Positions 1 through 11,182 of a stretch of DNA of 64,000 nt are shown one piece after another. A program made the translations under genes and the position numbers. The notes beneath the pieces are model-generated. The model ran no database searches and was not told the origin of the DNA. It worked only from the letters and a program-made list of their open reading frames with translations. Position 1 is the stretch's first letter. Each line of letters begins with the position of its first letter. The stretch covers positions 8,928,001-8,992,000 of the forward strand of contig JAGIQG010000020.1 in NCBI GenBank assembly GCA_024679065.1. Reading direction: 5' to 3'. The stretch is from Sphyrna mokarran. Lineage: Eukaryota.

Positions 1-530
1 CAGATGCATTGAGCATAAAATCAGAGGAGTGTGCTGAAGTTTATATAGTTTTGGTTAGGCCAAAACTAACTCATTGCGTCCAGTTCTGGTCACCACACTT
101 TCGGGAGGATATGAAGATCTTTAAGAGGGTGCAGAGGAGATTTGCCAGGAACGTTGTAGGAAGTTTGGGTACAAGGTTAAGTGGGAGACCTGAGGCAGTT
201 CAGTTGGAAAAAGGGGGAACTTGACGGAAGTGCACAAGGATTGGCAGTTTTCTTAAGACGGAGACAGAAAGGAAATACCAATTTTCGGAACATACAATAA
301 GCAGCAGACCCAGATTAAGGGATTTGGGCAAAAAGTACCGGGAATGTCTGAGGAAGACTTTTTTGTGATGTGAACACAAGAATGCTAGGATCAGAGACTA
401 TCATTGATTTCAAAAGAAAATAAAATATGCACCTCATGGAAACACTCTTGCAGGGTTACGGAATAGAATGACGGAAAGCGACTGGCTGTATTGTTCATTC
501 GGAATCCGGATAGACTGCATGGGTCGAATA
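1..530 (+). mobile_element. Degenerate CR1-like LINE 3' fragment
   Basis: ORF 9..224 LVRPKLTHCVQFWSPHFREDMKIFKRVQRRF matches the CR1 ORF2 C-terminal motif (LVRPHLEYCVQFWSP...LERVQRRF). Paralogous copies start near 18875 and 35805. Confidence 0.75.
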
Positions 531-1826
531 ACCAAATCTGCTGTAATGATTGCATAACTATGATATTATAATAGTTTATCACACAACCACTTGCGCCTAT
601 GAAGAATTGCGAGAAGTCACATTTTCATTCTCTGGTGGAAAGGCACAGAAAAGAACCAGAAATAATTGTACTTCCAGGCCTGACCGGTCTGGTCACGGAT
701 AGCATTTTGTTAATACAGTAATCGTGCAAGCATATAGTAGAGGGGGAGCCAATCTGATTACCCTTCAGATGCCAATTCTAAGAAGTACCGGCACAATTAC
801 GCTCACTGATCATAGCCCGATATAATTTCCATCTTGATGTATTTAGATAATATCCTGTTTCAGTTCTTATTGAATCGTATTTCATCACTCAGTCTGCCAT
901 TGCAATGTAGATCTTACAACCTCGCTTTGGATGACTACACCCATCCTCTCCCCGCCTTTCAGTTTCTATCAGAAATTACTTGAAATTTTTGGATTCGAGC
1001 TTTCTGCCTCTGGAAACAGTTTATTCCTATTTTCTCCATCAAATTCAGTCAAGAAGGTCTCAATTAAATCTCTGCTTAACCAGATCTGCTCCGAACAGAA
1101 CATCCCAATTTTACCTAATCGCTTTGTTTTTCACGCCTTTCAAATCAATTAGTCGTCATGGCCCCCGTCTAAGCTAAATATTATCTAATGCTCACAACAT
1201 GAATTCACGTTATTTTAATAATGCTTTCGAAAAAACGGGTGTTCAGCTACAAATACCAATTTCTGCTCTTCAATGCTTGCCCTTGGAAACCGCAGACAGC
1301 AGGAGCATGGCGAAAGTAAAATAAGGAGGGAGAACCGCGTGGAGTGAGCAAACACAGGAGCATGGAGATAAAATAAGATTGGTGAGTGAACCGCAGCAGA
1401 GCCCAATCACAAGCGAAGCAGAACACAGCGGAAACACGAGACGAATCGAGAGAGAAGGTGCACGATACTGCAGAGCGACTCTGCGACCTTCCCCGACCTG
1501 CTTACTCTTGAAAACCGTGGCCTGAGCCGTTGCCCATCTGGAAAGCTGGGCCAGTGTTGCAAACCGGGCGGAAGCTCTCTGCGGGCCCTCGGGCATTGCG
1601 TGTTTGGCGTTAGGCCCACCCGAAGCAACAAGAACTGATAACTGAGGACAATATAAGAAATGTCAATGGTTTATGTGAATAATTGTGGCGCATTTGAAGA
1701 CCAATGTCAGGAAGATAACATTTTGATTAAATGTGATATAATTAAAGGCAGAAGTTCCTTTTATTGATGAGATGTCGAATAAGAGATTCCTATCACGTCT
1801 GCGCACCATGAATATGTGATGCAACA

Positions 1827-1840
1827 CTGCCACCTACTGG
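1827..1840 (-). promoter_or_regulatory. CTCF-consensus motif
   Basis: Minus strand CCAGTAGGTGGCAG fits CCASYAGRKGGCRS exactly. The paralog at 20708-20721 also fits. It sits in a ~41 bp degenerate tandem repeat (about 1830-1913). Confidence 0.55.
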
Positions 1841-2279
1841 TGCAATAACATATGACACAGAGCTGATATTACCACTTTTTGGCGCAATATTATATGACAC
1901 AGAGGTGATATGACCTCTTGGAATCACCCCATTCGAAGTAAATCACTTGCTGCTTTTTTTGAATATATGACTTCAAAATTGAGGTCTATCTGCTGAAGTC
2001 TAAAGTCATATCTGACCAACGAACAATCTGCCCGAATGTAATCATCTGGCAGGCATAAATGGATCATTTTCTGATTGTAAGAAGTCTGACAACATCAGGC
2101 AACATCAGGCTTCAACATATACACCAATTCGTCGCGAAGAGGATAACTGTTCGACGTCAGAAATATTTTAATGGCTCGGTTCAAGGGGCATAGAAATGCT
2201 AAATGGAAATCAATCGCAAAAAATGTGAGTGAATGCATTTGTGGAGATTAAACAAAACAAGGGAATATCAAATGGTGGA

Positions 2280-3010
2280 AATATATTGAGGGGTTGAGGA
2301 ATGAGAGATCTTAGACCACATGCCCATAGGTTCTTAAACGTGCCAGAACAGGTGGACATGCTGATCAAGAAAGCATGTGGAATGTTACCCATTATTGGTG
2401 AAGGTATTGAGTACAAAAATAGGGGTGAAATGATGCAACTGTATAAAGTGCTGGCTTGCCACAGTTTGAATCATTTTGCACTGCTCTGACCACGACGTTA
2501 CTGAAGAGCAATTGTTTCGAAGAGAATTCAAAGAAAACATGAAGTAATGTTGCCAGGTGGTGAAAATTGCAGCTATGAGGACAGATTGCATTGGCGAGAC
2601 TTGTTTTTGTTGGACCAGGAGAGGATAAAGAGTGAACTAACTGAGGCATACAAAATTATGATGGAACTTTACTGGTTAAACAGGAAATATTTGATTCCTT
2701 TAGCTGATCAATTACCAGAGCCATAGATTTATGTTGATTGGGAGAAAAATGACAGGGGACAAGCGGAATATGCCTTTCACTCAAAAGGTCATGGGTTACT
2801 GGAACTCGCTGTCCATTTTTGTGGTTGAGGCAGAAATGATCAACTCATTTTAAAAGTACCGGAACCTGCATCTCAAGTGTTGTAACCTGCAGGGCCACAG
2901 ACCATTGAGAAAATCTCAATGAGCGGCTCGTAACTTTTTTCTCTTTACTCTGGTGCAGATACGATGGGCTGAATGTCCTATTTTTGTGCTGTAACCTTTT
3001 CTATGATTCT
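2280..3010 (+). mobile_element. Degenerate CR1-like LINE 3' fragment
   Basis: ORF 2301..2489 KKACGMLPIIGEGIEYKNRGEMMQLYKVL resembles CR1 ORF2 (KKAYGMLAFIGRGIEYK). It ends in a CR1-type 3' tail near 3000. Confidence 0.7.
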
Positions 3011-3079
3011 GTGGGCAAGACATAGAGGACGTCTGTCGATTGCAAGATGTGTCTTCAAATCAGTCTAGAAAGATAAAAG

Positions 3080-4000
3080 GAAAACAATGCGGATGTTGGA
3101 ACCTGAAAAAAAATCTGGGAAATCTCAGCACATCCTGAAGCATCTGTGGAGATGGAATAGAACTGATGTTTCCATTCAGGATGACACTTCGTCAGAGCTG
3201 AAGACAAGGAAAATCTGACCAGACTTTTACTATGACGGCGAGAGAGAAGAGGGAGAATGTGGAAAATAAAATAAGAATATAAAATAATAAAGACAAAAAG
3301 AAATGATATAAACGGAACGGAGATGAAAGTAGGTGGTGGGAAGAATTTATGTTCTGAAGTTATTGAACTCAATGTTCAGTCCAGAAAGTTGTAAAGAGCT
3401 TGATCAGAAAATGAGATGTTGTTCCTCCAGTTTACGGGGAATCGCAAAAAGCCAAGGAAAGTCAAATGGAGAATAGGGCCATATGTTTTTTTTTAATTCA
3501 TCTGTGTGTATGGGTTGCGCTCGCTGGCTAGCATTTATTGTCCATCCCCAATTGCCGTTGAGAAAAGCCGCCTTCTTGAATTGCTGCGGTCCGTCTTCTG
3601 TGGATTGAAATGGTAAACAAGAGCAATGTCTGAGTCCTGTTTATGGATCGACGGAAGTTGTTCTACAAACCGTCTATGTTTGGTCTTTCAAATGAGATTT
3701 GATCGTATTGGGAGAAGCGAATGAAATAGACTGGTTTAAAGGAGATGCATGTGAAGCGTGGCTTCACGAGACTGGAGTGTTTGGGCACTGAGATAGTGAC
3801 CAAAGAGGAAATGCAAAGGCAGATGTCGCACATCTACACACGAAGCTGCCATTGATAATGGATGAAGTGTTGGGTGCGACGAATGAGGCACCAAGGTATC
3901 CCGAACAGAATGGTACCTGGGTGGGGCTGTCGTCTGTGCAGACTAGATGGATCGAGTGGTCTCTTCTGCACTGTAGGGGTTTTGTGATTCCAAAAAGTTC
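3080..4000 (-). mobile_element. Penelope-like element remnant
   Basis: Minus strand 3435-3355 translates as KLEEQHLIF*SSSLQLSGLNIEFNNF, typical of the C-terminus of a Penelope GIY-YIG endonuclease. Confidence 0.55.
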
Positions 4001-4749
4001 AATGAAGCAATGGAAAGCTTTTGCAGTGTTAGATGTGCATAGATCACTACTCACCTCCAATAGATTGATATGAACTTTATGTATTATGAATGCAAATACA
4101 TTATTGTGAATCTAATGTTACTGTGGAAGAAATTAGTTCCGCAAAATGCAAAGCATTTCAATTACCCAATTAATATAGTTTTATGATTAAACAAAAGCAG
4201 CTTATTAGACTTCGAGCAATAAGACTTGGAACAACCTGGTATATGTAAGGCTGGAATAGAGACACAAGGAACGCAGTTGAGTGGGTGCTGCAAATGCTGC
4301 AGAGTCAAAATCGAGATCAACGCTTCTCAATCCAGCGTCAGGATGAAAAAATAGAGGGCTCGATTTTAGGTGAAGGCGTTATTTCTCCACGCCCCCAACG
4401 CCCCCCCCCAGAACCCTCCACAGCCCCCCCACCCATCCCCTCCCACCAAACCCCACCCCCCCACCAACACGCACACTTCTCACACACACCTCCATTAGCT
4501 CGGAAGTACAAACAACGAACACTGCTGTGAGCTATTTCCCCAGGAACAACAGTCATGTGAACTCAGAATTCGGCCCTATATTTGGAACAGTCTAGCTGGG
4601 ACACCCGAGCGCAGTAAAGACTGACCTCGCCTTCCCGCCTTGCAGTTGAAATAGTGGTGGAAAGGGAATAAGGCTCTCACGTTGCTAATGAATGTCCTGT
4701 TAAGGGCCTCAATAGACCAAAGCGAGGAGAAAACGTCAGGCTGACTGAC

Positions 4750-4853
4750 ACCAACGCAAACTCCGCCCAGAAAATAACCCAAGCTGGGAATCGAACGCCG
4801 GGCTCTAGCGCTGTGAGGCAGCTGCGCTAATCGCTGTGCCACCGTGCTGCCCT
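4750..4853 (-). mobile_element. tRNA-derived SINE head (HE1/V-SINE-like)
   Basis: Reverse complement GGCAGCACGGTGGCACAGCGATTAGCGCAGCTGCCTCACAGCGCTAGAGCCCGGCGTTCGATTCC has A- and B-box-like motifs. Confidence 0.7.
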
Positions 4854-4974
4854 AATTATGAACTAGGGATTGTGATCGAGCAAAGGGATTTTTGTGTTTG
4901 TTCTTGATATAGCAGCGTCCCGGGCAAGACTAGCATTTAATGAATAATCTTTTCAAAAGAAAATGATGAGCTGC

Positions 4975-6371
4975 TTCTAGTTGGCCTTACAAATCTGGTA
5001 GAATTTTTTGAGGAGGTGACGAAAAAGATGAACGAAGGGCGAGCCAATTTTAGTAAGGCGTTTGACAAAGTCATTCATGGGAGGTTAGTTGAGAAGGTCA
5101 AGGCTCATGGGATACAAGGACAGGTAGCTAGATGGATAAGTAACTGGCTTAGTAATAGGAGACAGTGAGTAATAATGGAAGGGAGTTTTTCTAGCTGGAG
5201 GTCGGTCACTAGTGGTGCCGCAGGGCTCGGTACTGGGACCTCTTCTATTTGTAATATATATAAATGACTTGGAAGAGGGAGTAAGTGGAGTGATCAGCAA
5301 GTTTGCAGGCGATACAAAGATGGCTGGACTTGCGGATAGTGAGGAGCATTGTCAGGCGATGCAGCAGGAAATAGATAGGCTGGTAGCTTGGGTAGATAGA
5401 TGGCAGATGGAATTCAATCCTGATAAATGCGAAGTGATGCATTTGGGGAGAAAGAATGTAGGGGGGATGTATGATAAAGGGTAGACCTATTAAGAGTATA
5501 CAAAACGCAGAGGAACCTGGCAGTGCAGGTGAACAAGTCTCTGAAGGTGGCAGAGCAAGTGGAAAAGGTTGTGAAGAAAGCATATAGTATACTAGCCTTT
5601 ATAGGAAGGGGTATAGAGTACAAGAGATGGCCTTTAATGTTGAAGTTGTATAAAACGTTGGTTAGACCTCATTTGGAATACTGCGTCCGGTTCTGGCCGC
5701 CTTACTACCGGAAGGACCTGGAGAGAGTGCAGAGGAGGTTTACCAGGATGCTGCCTGGTATGGAAGGCCTGAGTTACAAGGAGAGGTTAGGCAAATTGGG
5801 ACTGTTTTCCTTAGAAAGACGTAGACTTAGAGGAGATCTAATAGAGGTGTACAAGATTATGAGGGGTATAGATAGAGTAAACAGGGTTCAGCTTTTTCCT
5901 AGGATGGAATCGAATATCACGGGCTTAGGGTGAGAGGGGTAAAGTATAATTTGGATGCTAGAGGGAGTTTTTTCACACAGGGGATGGTGGGGTATGGAAT
6001 GCGCTGCCAAGTAAAGTGGTGGAGGCAGGTACTTTGGAGTTATTTAAGAAATACTTAGATGGGCACATGAACAGAATGGGAATGGAGGGATATAGAAAAC
6101 TGATTTCAAATTGGGATCATGAGCCTCGGGAGTCCGTGGGAAGTGTGTAAATGGATGATGATATTGATGTAATTGTTTTTATCCCTCAGGTGCTTTGGTC
6201 CACCTTGTTGTCTAACGAGGGGCATACACACGATGGGTCGTGAGAGGACTGCTCTTGGATTTTTTTCGGGAGTATCCTAGTGCTTCACGCTTGACCTGGA
6301 CCATTTGATGGGCAACACGACAGCTCAGTGACTATCGCTGTGCTGTGCAGATACATGTTCTTTGTTCTTTG
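4975..6371 (+). mobile_element. CR1-like LINE: RT domain, C-terminus and 3' UTR (frameshifted)
   Basis: ORFs 5212..5484 (VPQGSVLGPLLF...SKFAGDTK) and 5523..5933 (LVRPHLEYCVRFWPP). The 3' UTR matches the inverted copy at 43030-43290 and ends in a TGTTCTT-type tail. Confidence 0.9.
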
Positions 6372-6539
6372 ACCCTCTTAACTCCATGCTTTTTAGGCAC
6401 ACCACAGTAATGTTGGGAAGGAATTTTTCTGGGAATTAACGAACAAGAAAAAGTAAACAGTGATTGTAATTAAGGTATGTTACTTGCATTATGGTAATGT
6501 TCCGAAAGGCCTGTTTCCCTTTTGCACGTTTGAAAGCTG

Positions 6540-7990
6540 CAATCGAAAGAAAAGAGGCCACTTGTTGTTATACATTTTGGAGCACTTACATACTTTTGTC
6601 ACTTCGTGCTGGCATTGGAGAATGTAAATATTCAAGGGCATTGATCGCGAGCCAAACCAGCAAATGGCTTTATCCTGAATAACATCGAGGTTCTTGATTC
6701 ACTAATATCTTTTCGAGAAGGGAATCAGTTCCCACAGCAAGATCTCAGTGACAGTCCTCAACAATGGAAATATGACATAAACCTTCAATTTCAAAACTGG
6801 GGTCAAGCAGAGATGCATCATCACCCTATTCTTTTATCCATCTTCATCACCACCATCAGTCACCTTGTCAAAAAAAACAAGCTTTCCAGTGAAATTGACA
6901 TTATCTCCAAAATGCTTAGAAATTTTGCAACCTCAGCCGATTGAAATCCAAGAAGAGAATGATGCTGCCGTTGTTTGTGGAACTTCAGTGTCTGAACGAT
7001 ATCACCATCTGTGCTCTCAGAAAAGAATCCACAAGCCATGATTGATAGCTTTGTGGAAGCGCATCGAAGAACTGATCTCAGCTTCAACCTCAGGAAGACT
7101 TGAGTTCTTTACCGACCCATTCAAAAGCAAAACGTAATCTTTCCCTCCACCAAGATCAATGGAGAAACTCTCCCAAACGTGAAACATTTTCCCTATGTGG
7201 GAAAAAAACCTCTTATCTAAGGCTGCCATTAACATAGGAACCCTACACGGCATTCCATGTGTGAGCGCCACCTTCAGACACTTAATGATAAGCGGAATTG
7301 ATAACTGTGACTTCTGTGCTGATACTATGATCCTCGTGTACAACACAGTCATCCTCCCAACTCTTCAGTGGCTTAGGTATCTGGATTAGATAAAGGTGCC
7401 ATCTCAAGACTCTGGAGTGGTACCATCAATGCTGTCTGAGATGAATGCTCCAAATCAACTAGGAAGACAGCAAATTAACATCAGCGCCCTTGAAGGAGTT
7501 AAGAGCATCAGCATCAAGGCTATTATCATCTGAAGCCAACTCCACTCAATGACCATGTGCTTAGCAAGCCAGAGTCCTGGTGGCCAAGGCAGATTTACTC
7601 CACCGATCTTAAAGGAGGCACTTGAACAAGACAAACACTAACGAAGTGCTTCAAAAACACCCTAAATTCTTACTTCAAGAAATGTAACAGGGATGGAAAT
7701 GGAGCACAGATGTAAATGCCTGCGCGATCCTTGTTCAAAAGAGACCAACCTGAAGGAGCCTCGAGAACACTCGACAGCAAGATGAGATCCAGAAAAGGAA
7801 CCTGAAAAAGGAACGCCAGTGATTTCGAGTCCAGGCAGCAATGCCACCTCCCAGAAATACCTGCCAGATGTTGGGTCGGAGATGTGACTCCGGGATTGTG
7901 TTCGTTAAACATGCAAGAGCCCACGGTACTCATGGCCATTGACATTGTGTTTCTTAGGTGGACAATCAAATTTATTGGCGAGTGACCACC
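6540..7990 (+). mobile_element. Degenerate RTE-clade LINE
   Basis: Remnant motifs GVKQRC, VYNTVILPTL and LE.YHQCCLR are typical of the RTE/BovB-like RT region. The 3' part is duplicated at about 23215-23750. Confidence 0.6.
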
Positions 7991-8582
7991 AAGAAAATTC
8001 TGAAACTGCCTCCCGTTTACAAAAGTGCCTCCGCTCTTCCCTCAGTCAGGGCTAGCATCCTTCCCTCATCTATCCTATCAATCACCGTATGAATTTGGTG
8101 TACTCCGATGAGATCACCTCTCATTCCCCTAAATTCTAAAAGATGCAGATCCAGGTTCTTCAATTGCTTCTCTTAGAACAATGCTGCCATCTCAGGAAGC
8201 AGTATGATGAAGCATTGTTGCACACTGTCTATGGAAAATACATTTTGCCTTGTCAAAGGAGACCATAACTGTTTCCATTAGTCACTTGCGGTCTCGCCAA
8301 GCCTCCATACAATCCCTACAGCCGCCTTTTGAACATGTGGTCCAAATTGCCTTTGAGTTCAAATGAGTTTCATTCAAACAAATTCCAGTGTTTCTGATCG
8401 TGATGCTTAAGCTGTCCGGTGGTTTCTGCTTATTCTGCCAGAACATGTGAACGGCAATGTACAAAACTTCATTAACCTAACATTCAAATCCTCTTGTGGC
8501 AATGGCCCACAAACCATTTGCCTTCCAAATTGCTTGCGTCAACTGAATTTTAGCTTCCAGTGATTTATGACCAAGCCTTGAC

Positions 8583-9414
8583 TTAAAAATGTACAACTAA
8601 ATTAAGACTTCTTAAAATGCTTTTTAAACACATGACACATTGCAATTTGGAAAAAGAACCACTTTCTGCTCTGTAATGCAGTTATAGCATGTACTTTATA
8701 ATAATATAATATGCAACAATATATTAAAAAGTGTTCCTTCAATAACAATCAAACAGAGTGCTGGTAATCATAACAAGAGATCTAACCCATGATAATTAAA
8801 ATAATTTGCATTTTACTTTAACTTATATAAGGATATAATCTTAGCAGTATTATGATACCTTTCTTAGTATTCACATTTAGAAACAAACAAGACAAGGCTG
8901 AACCATTCTTATGTTCGTGCCTAATGTAACAACAGACAGGACATACATGAATATTTGGCTTCTCCGAGCACCCCCTCTTCCCCACTATCCTTCCAATATT
9001 ATTTGATCTTTTGTTCAAAGATCTGTCAGTAAAAAGCCTTGTTGCCTGATTTAAAATCTGTTGTTACATTAGGCACGAACATAAGAATGGTTCAGCCTTG
9101 TCTTGTTTGTTTCTAAATGTAAATGTTTGTTTCTAATTGTATCATAATACTGCCTAGGTTATATCCTTATAAAAATTAAAGTAAAATGCAAGTTATTTTA
9201 ATTATCGTGGGTTAGATCTCTTGTTGTGATTACCAGCACTCTGTTTGCTTGTTATTGGAGGAACACTTTTCAATATATTGTTGCATATTATATTACTATA
9301 AAGTACATGTTATAATTATATTACAGAGCAGAAAGTGGCTCTTTTTCCAAATTGCAATGTGTCATGTGTTTAAAAAGAATTTTAAGAAGTCTTAATTTAG
9401 TTGTGCATTTTTAA
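8583..9414. repeat. Inverted repeat with ~355 bp arms and a 120 bp spacer
   Basis: 8583-8936 is the reverse complement of 9057-9414. The inner 64 bp (8873-8936 and 9057-9120) are identical. Confidence 0.9.
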
Positions 9415-10664
9415 ATAAATTTTTATTGATCTAATAACTTCAATTAGAAATAATGTAGGTTCATTATATTAGAATACTTTCTTTTTGGCATGCCTTACTT
9501 ATTGTCTGTGCAACGTACATGAAATAGTTGTATTCAGTTGCTTCAATTATTCTAAGCTGTGTTCCTTTGGCCCTATTATTTCCTTCAGTAACTTTGGGCT
9601 GAGAACGATTGCTTTTCATAATTGAAAACCATCACCTAAATTAGTCATAGTTTGCGTTTTTATTGGTCTTTGCTGCTTGCGATTTTACTTGCAGCAATGT
9701 ATTTACGGCAGTCCGAAATCAATCTACACAAAAAAACCTATAAAAAGAACGACTCTTGGTTGAGTTCAAGTAAAAACAGAAAGTGCTCGACCAATTCAGC
9801 AAGTCTGTCAGCATAAATGAAAAGAGAAACATAGCTCACGGTCCAACTCCACATGAGTTCTTCCCAAGATCATCTTGGACTAAGAATCACATTGGATTTG
9901 AAATGTGAAATGTTTCTCTCTCCAGATATGCTCGCGGGTTAGCTGAGTTTTTCAAGCACACACTCTTTTTGTTGGAGATTTCCAGCATCCGTTGTATTTT
10001 GACTTCAACAACTGAATCCTGTCAAAGGCCTCAGAGAACCTGAAGATATGATTTGATTTTTTGATTCGATTTGATTATTATCGTCACATGTATCGGTCCA
10101 TAGGGAAAAGTATTGTTTCTTGCGCGCTCTACAGACAAAGCATACCGTTCATAGAGAAGGAAGCAAGAGAATGCATAATGTAGTGTTACAGTTATAGTTT
10201 GGGTGTCGAGAAAGATCAACTTAATGCAAGGTGGGTCCATTCAAAAGTCTGATGACAGCAGAAAATGCTTCACAATATACCTTAACAATCAATTAAAATG
10301 ATTGGATATTTTTAATAAGAACATGGTGCCGGTATCTAAAAGAGGAGCGGCTAGTAGACGTGTCCTGAATTTGCGTAAGCAGGTAATTTAGAAACTCTTC
10401 CATTAAGAATTGTGAATTATTGTCAGAAAAATCCATATCAAAATCACCGCTATCCACAAACTACCGCATTCAACCAGATCTACCTTGAAAATTCAAGTTT
10501 ACTTCCATATGTACGCATACGGTTGCCACCGACTTTATGTGCACAAATGTGTAAAATGCAACAACAAAAAAGCTTCACGATTGCTCACAATTAGTAAGTT
10601 GCTAGGAATTCTTTCTATGGAAGCAGATTGATAATAATCACAACGTTTAAGTTAATGGCAAAAT

Positions 10665-10670
10665 TTTATT
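10665..10670 (-). terminator. Polyadenylation signal of IgL cluster 1
   Basis: AATAAA on the minus strand ~190 bp past the stop codon; conserved in cluster 2 at 27630-27635. Confidence 0.7.
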
Positions 10671-10859
10671 GCATTGCGAGTATTTCCAACATTGCACTTT
10701 AACTGCTCAAGGTCAACACATTAAATACAGATAGCGAGACTGAGTCAACAACCTGCCGATTGTGATGATTTATTTAAAATGTGCCTCTTTACAGCAATTG
10801 ATATTTTGTTAAACGAACGCTGCTGCTAATATCACAAACCAGCGCATAAAATCTTGGAA

Positions 10860-11182
10860 TCACATACGGCTGGATCTGGAGATGCTTGTTTGAAGCGGCT
10901 TTGCTTGAGTCTCGTGTTTAACCACACAGGAGTAAAGCTCGTGTGAGTTCCACTCTGAGGCTGACAGAGTCAGATAACTGCTCACACTGAACGTGTTGTC
11001 CGCCACCTGCTGGATCCGACTGGTCTCAACCCCATTCCCTCTGACGGTGCCATCTACGGTCCATTCAATCTCCGCAGCTCCTGGGATAAAACCGCTCACC
11101 AAACACACCAGGGTCGCCATGTTCTTCGCTGTGATTTGATCCGATGAAGGCGGAAGAAGAGACAAAATGGGGCTCCGTGGAC
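10860..11182 (-). CDS. IGLC: Ig light chain lambda (type II) constant exon, cluster 1
   Basis: Acceptor cttttcag|GT, then PRSPILSLLPPSSDQITAKNMATLVCLVSGFIPGAAEIEWTVDG...YLTLSASEWNSHELYSCVVKHETQAKPLQTSISRSSRM*. C1-set Cys-Trp-Cys is intact; the penultimate Cys is replaced by Arg. Confidence 0.95.

Noticed and set aside
1830-1913. Short direct repeats resembling a CRISPR array
   Set aside because: Only about two degenerate ~41 bp tandem units with no unique spacers, in vertebrate DNA.
4750-4853. tRNA gene
   Set aside because: tRNA-like A and B boxes belong to SINE heads found many times in the window; no complete cloverleaf is evident.
5212-5933. Reverse-transcriptase-like ORFs as host genes
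   Set aside because: Frameshifted CR1 LINE ORF2 fragments; the same applies at 17-18.7, 33.9-35.8 and 40.6-44.4 kb.
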